A stretch of 52,901 bases of DNA from Octopus bimaculoides (Eukaryota). A program made the position numbers and the translations under genes. This document shows positions 38,801 to 50,920 of the stretch, one piece after another. Numbering within the stretch: position 1 is the first letter of the stretch; every line of letters begins with the position of its first letter. The DNA lies in the NCBI RefSeq assembly GCF_001194135.2, contig NC_068991.1, positions 71,575,478 to 71,628,378 of the forward strand, in the 5' to 3' direction. Under the pieces are notes generated by a model, which was not told the origin of the DNA, ran no database searches, and saw only the letters and a program-made list of their open reading frames with translations.

Positions 38801-41800
38801 CTTAGCAATATTTCGTCTGACTTTATGTTCTCAATTCAAATTTCGCCAAGGTCAACTTTGTCTTTCATTCTTTCGGGGTCGATAAGATAAGTACAGTCGA
38901 GAGTTGGGGGTCATTATAATCAACTGGTCCCCTCCCACAAAATTTCCGGCCTTGTGCCTATAGTAAGAAGGATTATTAATAGAATAAATAACTTTACCGT
39001 AAAGTTTTGGAGGTGGAATCCTAGTTTCAGTGCCTTGTTGTTTCCTTTGCTATTTAGAACAGGTGTATGAGAGTTATTTCAGTGGTTTATGAGTGTATCT
39101 GTGTATTTGTGTATCTACCATATTTTAACGTGTTTAAGGAACCCTTTTTTTTTTTTTTTTGTCAAAAATTAGGTCTAAAAATTCTGTGAGTTTCTTAAAC
39201 ATGGATAATATTATAATCCCTTACAAAACCGTTTTTCCAAATTTTAAGCCCCCCAAAATTAGGGGGTTCCTTATACAGTATATTATGGAATGTTATGGAA
39301 AATATAAAGAAATTTCATTGACAATATTACTTCTTCTTTCAGAGCCTTTCAGTCACCTGAGAAATTCATGTCATTTGTAGGCTTAGACCAACCTCCTGTA
39401 GAACCAAGCACTGATGACTTGAGTGGTATTAACCGTTCACAGGTAAATGGTTTCTCATACTACTAGAATTAGTGATGGGCTGCTATTTTCAATAGGTTGA
39501 ACAGCTTCATAGAGGATCTTACAGAGCTACAGCTGTATGGATGGTTGTTAACCATGAAAACTCTAGTGTGGTACTTTAACCTCACAGCAATTGTTTACAC
39601 AGCCATGGTGGTGGTGGGGAGTCTGCATAAAATCTCAATTCTGTTCTCTACTTTCATCATTTTAACATCGACTTTTCCATACTTGCATGGGTCAGACAGA
39701 GCTCATTGAAACAGATTTTCTTTGGCCAAATGCCTTTTCTGTCACCAATCCTCATTTGTCGCTAAGCAAGGTAAATATTTCCTCTTGACCAGACACGTTT
39801 TCACAGAATATTGTAAATGAATGACAATGTTTGTCTGGGGAACCTACCTTTTCTGGCTATAAATTTTGGTCTGAAGAATTTGACTTGTATGACAGAAAAT
39901 ACTGTAAAAGAGTATGAAGAAATTCATATTAAGAAACATTAAGATCTCTGTGATTCATTTACAATGTATTATTTGTACAAATGATCATTATTTATATTTG
40001 ACGGATATTTGTCCTCATCTTGTTTGTTGTTAACACAACATTTCGGCTGATATATCCTCCAGCTTTCATCAGGTGTCTTGGGGAAATTTCAAACCTGAGT
40101 TCTCATGTTGTTGTTGTTATTATTATTATTATTATTACTATTCAGGTCGCTGCCTGGAATTGAACTCGGAATCTTGGGGTTAGTAGCCCGCGCTCTTAAG
40201 CACTACGCCATATGCCTNNNNNNNNNNNNNNNNNNNNNNNNNNNNNNNNNNNNNNNNNNNNNNNNNNNNNNNNNNNNNNNNNNNNNNNNNNNNNNNNNNN
40301 NNNNNNNNNNNNNNNNNATTAAGAAACATTAAGATCTCTGTGATTCATTTACAATGTATTATTTGTACAAATGATCATTATTTATATTTGACGGATATTT
40401 GTCCTCATCTTGTTTGTTGTTAACACAACATTTCGGCTGATATATCCTCCAGCTTTCATCAGGTGTCTTGGGGAAATTTCAAACCTGAGTTCTCATGTTG
40501 TTGTTGTTATTATTATTATTATTATTACTATTCAGGTCGCTGCCTGGAATTGAACTCGGAATCTTGGGGTTAGTAGCCCGCGCTCTTAAGCACTACGCCA
40601 TATGCCTGGGGGTAATTATGGGGTGAATTTTAGGGCTTATGAATCTAATATTTTCCTATCCTTCCTTAATAATGTACGTAATTCCTCATCTCTTAAATAT
40701 AGAATTGTACAAATGAGGTTTTTTTTTTCTTTCTAGATCTCATATTGTATCATTACAATACTTGCTGTTATGAAGAGGAGCAAATGGCCTGATGATTTCC
40801 AGGTTTGTCTTTTTTCTTTCCATTTCATTTTTATGAATTTCGATCTTAATCATTCGAATCAGTTTGTTTCTTCTCGCTTGCAATATCGTCTTTATATTCA
40901 ACTTGTAAAAAAAAAAAAGAAAACTCCCGCAAGGTGATGCCCCAGCATGACCACAGTCCAATTACCGAAAATAACTTGTATTTAATTTCTCTTTGAACAG
41001 ATTGCAAAGTCTGGTGGTTTTGTTAATCCAAACCTTGATTCCACTGTTCAGATACGAAACCCTGCTACTCCACACATCAGCATTTTACTTAACAATCTGT
41101 TTGGATTGCTCAGGTAAGACAGCTCACCACACCTGTCAATTCGACAATATCTCTGCACCTCTTAAGATCAAAAATGAATTACACCTGTTGATAGCTGTTA
41201 TAAATTTATTTATTTGTTTCACCCTTAAATGGCAGACATCATGAATTGATGTTTCATTAGTGAACGGTTATCATCATAAATTGATGTTTCATTAGAGAAC
41301 GGTTATCATCATAAATTGATGTTTCAATAATTTTACATGGATACGGCCATCAATTGATGCCCAAGCGTAACTGGTCCTTATCAATGGCAGAAATCAAATT
41401 ACAAATGCAAGACATATATTGCAATGAAGAAGAGCTTTGGTTGAATGTCCTTCATCATCAGATGAGGTAGATAATGATGATGCTCTGGATAGCAGAGAAA
41501 GAAAGAAATGTTTCAACTAGCTCTACATGAGGAAAGTGTACCAATTCTACATGAGCTCTACATGCGGAAAGTGTACCAATTCTTCTCCATCTGTACGTTT
41601 GTTTGATTACACCAAGGTGGTAACCTCAAATGATTTTATTGCTATTTTGTCATTTTATAATCTAAGAGAATTTTGTTTTCATAATTTTGTACATATAGGC
41701 ACAGGAGTGGCTTGCTTACCAACCACATGGTTCCGGGTTCAGTCCCACTGCGTGGCACCTTGGGCAAGTGTCTTCTACTATAGCCTTGTCAGTGGATTTG

Positions 41801-44800
41801 GTAGACGGAAACTAAAAGAAGCCCGTTGTATNNNNNNNNNNNNNNNNNNNNNNNNNNNNNNNNNNNNNNNNNNNNNNNNNNNNNNNNNNNNNNNNNNNNN
41901 NNNNNNNNNNNNNNNNNNNNNNNNNNNNNNNNNNNNNNNNNNNNNNNNNNNNNNNNNNNNNNNNNNNNNNNNNNNNNNNNNNNNNNNNNNNNNNNNNNNN
42001 NNNNNNNNNNNNNNNNNNNNNNNNNNNNNNNNNNNNNNNNNNNNNNNNNNNNNNNNNNNNNNNNNNNNNNNNNNNNNNNNNNNNAATTTTTTTTTCCATT
42101 TGGAGCACACATTCATGCAACCTTTTCCTGTTATTTAAGGGTTTTTTTGTTTTTGTTTGACAAACATTGGTCTATGAAACTTTCACAGTATGGTATAAGT
42201 GGCACTCCGTCAGTTACGATGACGAGGGTTCCAGTTTATCCAATCAACGGAACAGCCTGCTTGTGAAATTAACGTGCAAGTGGCTGAGCACTCCACAGAC
42301 ACGTGTACCCTTAACGTGTTACTCTCTACCAATTGTATTCATAAGGCTTTGTTCTTTTGTTCAGCTCAGGGGCTAAAATAGAAGATACTTGCCCAAGGTG
42401 CTGTGTTGTGGGACTGAACCCCACACCACATGGTTGGGAGGCAAGCTTCTTAATCACACAGCCACAATCAATAATTATTATAATTGTTTTATAGGACGCT
42501 TAGTGCTCTCTGGCTTCCAGAAAACCTGAAATTAAGACATCCAGATTTTTGCAATGCATATGACCTGCAAGAAGTCGACAAATTAGCAGTTTTAGGTAAG
42601 TACCTTATAAGCTTTCCTTAATTATTAGACTGTTTTTTTTTATTTTCTCTGTCTTTCTTTTTTAATATCATCATCATGGGATGAGGTGGTGAAGCATGAT
42701 CTTCAAACTTTGGGCCTCACAGGGACAATGACCAGTGATCGAGAACTTTGACGATATGATGTGCTTGAGGTGACCCATCAAGCCAAGTGAAATCGTAGTC
42801 GTGGTTGATGATGGTGTCATGTAATTGGTATGGGAAAGCAGCCCCTTTTGAGCATTGGACTTTGTGGAGCCAAAGTAGCCAATACCACATAAAAAGCTCA
42901 AAGCTACAAGATGATACATGATTAATTCAAAACATCATCATCATTTAACGTCTGCTTTCCATACTGGCATGGGTTGGATGGTTTGACTGGGGACTGGGAA
43001 GCCAGGAGGCCGCACCAGGCTCCAATCTGATTTGGCAGAGTTTCTACAGCTGGATGCCCTTCTTAACGCCAACCACTCCAAGAGTTTAGTGGGTGCTTTT
43101 TATGTGCCACTGGCACGAGAGCTAGTCAGGCGGCACTGGCATCGGCCACATTCGGAGCCAGCCAGGTGTGGGAGACTGGCATCAACCACATTCAGATGGT
43201 GCTTTTTACATGCCACCAGCACGGGGAGCCAGTCAGGCGGCACTGGCAACATGACATTTGACAATTATCTGAATGCCAAAGAGTTAAATTGGAAACATCT
43301 GCTGCATCTATTTATTGTCTTTTTTTTTTTTTTGTATTCTTCAGGTATCCAACCACCTTACATAGATAATACAGACTCTACAATATCCAAACAACCTGTG
43401 GAACGTATGCAGAACTTTATTGGCAATATCCATGACAATGGGTGAGTATTTGCTACGATTTTAAACCTAAAATGGTCAGTATCACAGGAATTGTTGTTAG
43501 ACATTATAAACACCCTTCTAAGACAAAATGGAACTTCAAAGACCACTGCTGGACTGTAAACCATGTGTATATCGCCTTTTGTTTCTTTAGCATCCAGCAC
43601 TTGAAAAGCATCCATTCCACATTGTAAAGTGGTTGGCATTTGGAAGGGCATCCAGCTGCAAAAACCTTGCCAAAACTGACCTCACCTGTGCTTGTGCCAC
43701 ATAAAAAGTACTTGGTCCACTTTATTGAGTGGTATCCAGCTGTAAAAACCTTGCCAAAACACACACAAATCACGTGCAGGCTTCCACCTGGTCGGCTTGT
43801 GTGAAACCATCCCACCCTTGCCAGCATGGAAGGCAGATATGAAACAATGATGCTGGAATGTGGAAAACATCTCTATCATTTGTTGGTCCACTGCTAGAAG
43901 GTGAAAATCAACATCATCATCATCGTCATCGTTTAATGCCCGTTGTCCATGCTGGCATGAGTTGGACAGTTTGAGCGGGGCTTATAAGCAGAAGGGCTAC
44001 ATCAGATTCCAGTCTGATTTGGCATGGTCTCTATAACTGGATGCCCTTCCTAATGCCAACCACTCTGAGAGTGTATTGGGTGCTTTTACGTGCCACCGGC
44101 ACAGGTGCCATTTGCGTGACACCAATATCACTCGGCTTGATGACTCTTCTTTCTCAAGCACAGCATATCGCCAAAGGTCTTGGTCATTTGTCGTTGTCTC
44201 CGTGAGGCCCAGCTCTCGAAAGATGCTTTTTAGATGCCACTGGCACAGTTTCTAGTTCTGCGACACCAGCACCGGCCAAATTGCTTCTGTGAGAAGAATA
44301 TTGGTACCTTTGAAAACATCCCACCTTTTCCTAAATCTGGTGAGGGGCAAGCTTGTTTCTATGTTAGATTTTGGTCAAATATTGCTGGTAATGCTTAATG
44401 ATTTATCGGTAATGTTTTTAATGTTCTATTAATGACTGCACACTCGCTACTTATCTCTATATAATAATTCTGGAGGAGAAATTTTGTGGGGGTGGGGGAC
44501 TAGTTGATTACACTGACTTCAGTGCTTATCATCATCATCATCATCATCATCGTTTAACGTCCGCTTTCCATGCCTAGCATGGGTTGGACGATTTGACTGA
44601 GGACTGGTGAAACCGGATGGCAACACCAGGCTCCAGTCTGATTTGGCAGAGTTTCTACAGCTGGATGCCCTTCCTAACGCCAACCACTCAGAGAGTGTAG
44701 TGGGTGCTTTTACGTGTCACCCGCACGAAAACGGCCACGCTCGAAATGGTGTCTTTTATGTGCCACCCGCACAAGCCAGTCCAGGGGCACTGGCAACGAT

Positions 44801-47270
44801 CTCGCTCGAAAATCNNNNNNNNNNNNNNNNNNNNNNNNNNNNNNNNNNNNNNNNNNNNNNNNNNNNNNNNNNNNNNNNNNNNNNNNNNNNNNNNNNNNNN
44901 NNNNNNNNNNNNNNNNNNNNNNNNNNNNNNNNNNNNNNNNNNNCCCGCACAAGCCAGTCCAGGGGCACTGGCAACGATCTTACTTGGCTTGCCGAGTCTT
45001 CTCACGCACAGCACATTTCCAAAGGTCTCGGTCCGTAGTCATCGCCTCGGTGAGGCCCAATGTACGAAGGTCTTGCCTCACCACCTCAGCCCAGGTCTTC
45101 CTGGGCCTACCTCTTCCACGGGTTCCCTCAACTGTTAAGGATGTGGCACTTTTTCACGCAGCTATCCTCCTCCATTCTCACCACATGTCCATACTAGCGC
45201 AATCGTCTCTCTTGCACGCCACAACTGATGCTTCTAATGTTCAGCTTTTCTCTCAAGATACTTACACTCTGACGGGTATTCACATTGGCTTATATGCTGC
45301 TTATTTCATCAACCCTGAAAGGGATAAAAGACAAAGCCGACCCCAGTGACATTTGAACTCAGAACATAAACCCAGAAGAAATACTGCCAAACATTTTGCC
45401 TGCTGTTCAGCCTTTTCTGCTCGCTTGCTGCCTTATTTCATTATCATCATCATCCAGTGTTTTAAATCTGGGTTTGTCCCCATTAACGGGAGTGGCCGGA
45501 TCTTCCTCAATGCCATAGCAACCGAGGCAGGCAGGTGCAGTCCACCCCAACCTTCAGGCTGGCTGGTGCCCATTCTCCTTTGCTATCATAAGGCTTTTTT
45601 GGAGCTGGATTTTCTACAGGGAGCATGCCCTTGCTTACCCCCTACCTCAGTTTCTAGACATGAGTGGTCCCAAGACCAAGGCCCCTACCATGATTTTTAA
45701 GAAATGTGGTGGAAAACTAGCTCAGGAAGGCAAGGACGCTACTCCCTGAGACCCCTTTCAGAGCCCCTCCCCCCACCTATCTAAATAATAATAGCCAATA
45801 TGAATGTTGGTTTAATTCTCCAGTCACACATATTGTATAGAAAAAGGAGGAGAGAGAGAGAGAGAGACAAAGTTAGGAGGAGGCAGGATGAGTATATATA
45901 TCAGGCTTGGCAGCAGATTCATGTGGGAAGCTGCCAGAACAGATGCAGAATGAATATGTAAGCCATCATTTTGATCCACACCGTTCACAATGCACACAAG
46001 GAATTATTGTATTGGTTCTAAGATTATCAATCAATTACAACTGTTCACTTGATCAATAATAGCCTTTCTGCTACAGGCAGAAGGTCTGGAATTTGGCGAG
46101 GCAGGGCTAGTCGATTGCATTGACACTCCCCCCCCCCCCACACACACACCTCACCCAGTGCTCAANNNNNNNNNNTTGCATTGACACTCCCCCCCCCCCC
46201 ACACACACACCTCACCCAGTGCTCAACAGGTACTTATTTCATCAACCCCATGAGGATAAAAGTCAAAGTCGGCCTCAGCAGAATTTGAACTCAGAATCAT
46301 CATCATCATCATCATTTTAACATCCACTTTCCATGCTGGTATGGGTTGGACGGTTTGACAGGAAACTGGTAAGCTGGGAGAGCGGCACCGGGTTCTGATC
46401 TGATTTGGCAAGGTTTCTACAGCTAGATGCCCTTCCTAATGCCACCCACTCCGAGACCGTAGCAGGTGTTTTTTACATGCCAATGGCACATAAAGATATT
46501 AATGACAAAATAATATATTGACACTCTACGATCAATCAATTATAACTGTTTCTTTTTACAAATGTTTACAGCATTTTTCTTTATAAACAGCCATAAGATA
46601 TTCACATATTGCTTTATTTTGTGTATTTTCCTTATTTCTTTTTTCAGTTACCATATCCTGGGCAATGCTGGCTTGTGTCTCGGTTATGAATTCTATGCTC
46701 ACCCGGAATTGTCCTCGTTACTGTTGAACTATGTTTTAATCAACCTGAACAATATACCCGACTACAGACTGCGACCGATTATTCGTATCCTTAAAAATAA
46801 TGTTTGTATTGTTGATTTTATTGTTTAGCATTTTACAAAACATTGGTATTAGAGCATTAGACTAAATGTAGCGTGGTGCTTAGCTATTCTGAGTTCAAAT
46901 CTTGCTGAAGTCAGTGAAATAATTACCAGTTATTTATTGGTGCCTATTAACCCTTTAGCCTTCACATTATTCTGTCTCAAGTAATGCTCGTTTATTCACA
47001 TTGTTTTGAATTAATCATGGATTATCTTGTAGCTTTGAGATTTTGATGAGGTAACTCTTTTACTCTTTTACTTGTTTCAGTCATTTGACTGTGGCCATGC
47101 TGGAGCACCGCCTTTATTCGAGCAAATCGACTCCAGGACTTATTCTTTGTAAGCCTAGTACTTATTCTATCGNNNNNNNNNNNNNNNNNNNNNNNNNNNN
47201 NNNNNNNNNNNNNNNNNNNNNNNNNNNNNNNNNNNNNNNNNNNNNNNNNNNNNNNNNNNNNNNNNNNNNN

Positions 47271-47302
<32 letters not shown>

Positions 47303-50139
47303 GATGGGCTTCTTTCAGTTTCTGTCTACCAAATCCACTCACAAGGCTTTGGTTGGCCCAAGGCCATAGTAGAAGATACTTGCCCAAGGTGCCATGCAGT
47401 GGGACTGAACCCGGAACCATGTGGTTGGTAAGCAACCTACTTACCACACAGCCACTCCTACGCCTACTGTTAATTTTTAGAATGATGTTGTAGGGTTGAT
47501 GTGAGAAACCAGATCTGACCAGTTTGAACATAAAACATATGAAATATTTTGGCCAAATATGACTGGTTTAGATACTAAATGGTTAAATCAGTTGTACTCT
47601 TCCGTTTTCCATGCTGGCATGAGCTGGACTGTTTGAATGAGGTCTGGAGAACGAGCGGCTGCGCCAGGATCCAATCTGATCTGGCAACGTTTCTACAGCT
47701 GGATGCCCTTCCTAACACCAACCACTCCGAGAGTGTAGCTGGATATGGCCAGTTTAAATGTTAAAGGGTTGACAGAAATATGGTAACAAGAGACTTTGCC
47801 TGGTGTTTCAAACATAATGTAACACAAAATTTTGATGGAAGGTTTTAATTTGGATCACTTTATAACATAAAGTTGGCATCATAGCAGCAGGAATGACCTG
47901 CGTATCAAAAGAGTTAAGGAACTTGTTTTAATTCTATTCTCTTTTCTTCTTTCTTTCATATCGTGATAGGGGTTTCGTATTTAATCTAGCACTGAGTTGT
48001 TGTTGTTGTTTATTATGAGTCTAGGATATTCCCCACCCCCCACCCCCGCCAGACAGTTACCCTTAAGGACAACAGATGATGATTTAAAACTTCTTAATAT
48101 ATTGGAGATGGGGTAATTAACCAAGGGCAGTAATTGTCCTAGGGGTAGTCGTCATCAGGGGGAATTGCCCTGATAGATTTATTATATATAGCTTCATTAA
48201 AGTCTCTTGGTTAATCTGTCAGCTGTGATAAATTAGTCATTAATGTACATTTTGTCATCACCAACCATTACAAAGTGAGGTGCCTCAGTTTTATCCAGTT
48301 TATTTGCTTGCTTATTTGAGTGCCTAATCCGTAAGTTACTGAAGTTAGGAAATCTGTGTCTGTCTTTAATTGGTGATTAAATAAGTCAAAGTATTTTATT
48401 CTTCCTTAAGTATTACTCTAGGTGTTTTTATGAAGCCTTATGTTCAACATTGTCCACGAGAGTATTTTGTAACTGCTGTCCTTCCTTTGCTCTCCAAGCT
48501 CTGTCCATATATGTACCAGGTGAGTAAGTAATCTTTTATCTTCTGCTTGTTTCAGTCAATTGACTGAGGTCATGCTGGAGCGCAGCCTTAAAGGGTTTTA
48601 GTCAAACAAACTGACCCCAGGACTTATTATTTTTTGAAACCTTGTAATTACTCTATTGGTCTCTTTTGTCAAACTGCTAAGTTACAGGGACGTAAACACA
48701 CCAACACTGGTTGTCAAGTGGTGGCGGGAGACAGACACAGTGACACACACAGATATATACATAAATATAATACGACAGTCTTCCCTACAGTTTCTTATTT
48801 CTTTATTGCCCACAAGGGGCTACACACAGAGGGGACACACAAGGACAGCCAAAGAAATTAAGTCGATTACATTGACCCCAGTGCATAACTGGTACTTATT
48901 TAATCGACCCCGAAAGGATGAAAGGCAAAGTCAACCTCGGCAGAATTTGAACTCAGAACGTAGCAGCAGACGAAATACCGCTAAGCATTTCGCCCGGCGT
49001 GCTAACGATTCTGCCAGGTCGCTGCCATTCTTTCAGTTTCTGTCTACCAGTCCGAGGCTGTAGTTGAAGACACTTGCCCAAGGTGCCACACACTGCAACT
49101 GAACCTGGAACCATGTGGTTGGGAAGTAGGCTACTTACCGCACAGCTATACCTGTCATTGTCACACAAGCTGTGTCATTTATTTCTTGTGTTCTGCGAAA
49201 ACGTGTCCAGCCATGGGGAAATATTACTTTGCTTGTAAATAGGTGAGGGTTGGCAACAGGAAGGGCATGCAGTCGTAGAAAATCTGCCTCAATAAGCTCT
49301 GCCCAACCCATGCTAGCATGAGAAAGTAGATTTTGAATGATGATGATGATGATAAAAAAAATGCCTTTTATTTGTTTGTTTTTTTCTTGTCATATTTTAT
49401 TTTACTTTTNNNNNNNNNNNNNNNNNNNNNNNNNNNNNNNNNNNNNNNNNNNNNNNNNNNNNNNNNNNNNNNNNNNNNNNNNNNNNNNNNNNNNNNNNNN
49501 NNNNNNNNNNNNNNNNNNNNNNNNNNNNNNNNNNNNNNNNNNNNNNNNNNNNNNNNNNNNNNNNNNNNNNNNNNNNNNNNNNNNNNNNNNNNNNNNNNNN
49601 NNNNNNNNNNNNNNNNNNNNNNNNNNNNNNNNNNNNNNNNNNNNNNNNNNNNNNNNNNNNNNNNNNNNNNNNNNNNNNNNNNNNNNNNNNNNNNNNNNNN
49701 NNNNNNNNNNNNNNNNNNNNNNNNNNNNNNNNNNNNNNNNNNNNNNNNNNNNNNNNNNNNNNNNNNNNNNNNNNNNNNNNNNNNNNNNNNNNNNNNNNNN
49801 NNNNNNNNNNNNNNNNNNNNNNNNNNNNNNNNNNNNNNNNNNNNNNNNNNNNNNNNNNNNNNNNNNNNNNNNNNNNNNNNNNNNNNNNNNNNNNNNNNNN
49901 NNNNNNNNNNNNNNNNNNNNNNNNNNNNNNNNNNNNNNNNNNNNNNNNNNNNNNNNNNNNNNNNNNNNNNNNNNNNNNNNNNNNNNNNCAATAAACACAC
50001 ACAACACCAAGTCTGGGAATCGAAACTGCGACCCTCCGACCTCGAGTCCGCTGCCCTAACCACTGGGCCATTGCGCCTCCACATGATTCTTTTTATTGGA
50101 ACTAAATTTATTTGGTCTTTATTACTTTCTCTCTCTCAG

Positions 50140-50185
<46 letters not shown>

Positions 50186-50877
50186 CTTTCTTCTCTGACT
50201 GTTCCTTTCTACTTTCCATTTCCTCTTAGTTCCAGTGTTGATGAAGACAAAGAAGTCCTAGAAGACCAATTAACAAGGCAGCTAACGAGGGAATATTTAG
50301 AACTTTTAGGTGATACAATTTCTTTCTATTTTTCATTATCATTCAACCTTTGCTTCATATTTTCTCTCCCCCTCCCTTACACTTGCTTCTTTTTGTACTA
50401 ATATAAATTGATGTTGATCAAAGCCTTATGCCATCCCTAATCCAGCAAACCCCTGGCATAATGTGCTCGAAAGGTGCTTTTTACGTGCCACCAGCACAGG
50501 TATTAGTTACCCGACACCAGCATCAGCCACATTACCCGTGTGAGGCCTAACGCTCAAATGGTGCTTTTTACATGTCACCTGCACATGTGCCAGTTACCTG
50601 ACGCCAACAATGGCCACAACTATGATTTCACTTGGTTTGAAAGATCTTAGAATAATGAATAACTAATCAAATAAAAATAACTCTTTTACTCTCTTTTACT
50701 CGTTTCAGTCATTTGACTGCGGCCATGCTGGAGCACCGCCTTTAGTTGAGCAAATCAACCCCAGGACTTATTCTTTGGCAGCCTAGTACTTATTCTATCG
50801 GTCTCTTTTGCTGAACCGCTAAGTTATGGGGACATAAACACACCAACATCGGTTGTCAAGCGATGTTGGGGGTACAA

Positions 50878-50920
<43 letters not shown>

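Noticed and set aside
39928-40607. 290-bp exact direct duplication (39928-40217 = 40318-40607)
   Set aside because: The copies appear identical and flank a 100-N placeholder gap; most likely an unmerged contig overlap, not a biological duplication.
41244-41326. CRISPR-like 35-bp repeats
   Set aside because: Units are directly adjacent with no spacers, the context is eukaryotic and there are no cas genes.
41430-41530. C/D-box snoRNA candidate (ATGATGA)
   Set aside because: No downstream CTGA with a terminal stem; ATGATGA is abundant here because of (GAT)n tails.
44774-44980. 37-bp repeat CCCGCACAAGCCAGTCCAGGGGCACTGGCAACGATCT on both sides of a gap
   Set aside because: Explained by internal repeats of the RTE 3' UTR or by gap handling.
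46116-46226. ~50-bp direct repeat containing poly-C/(CA)n
   Set aside because: Sits on both sides of a 10-N gap; assembly artefact.
48031-48050. C-rich tract as a G-quadruplex on the template strand of the U12 intron
   Set aside because: Only three full G3+ runs; weak evidence.
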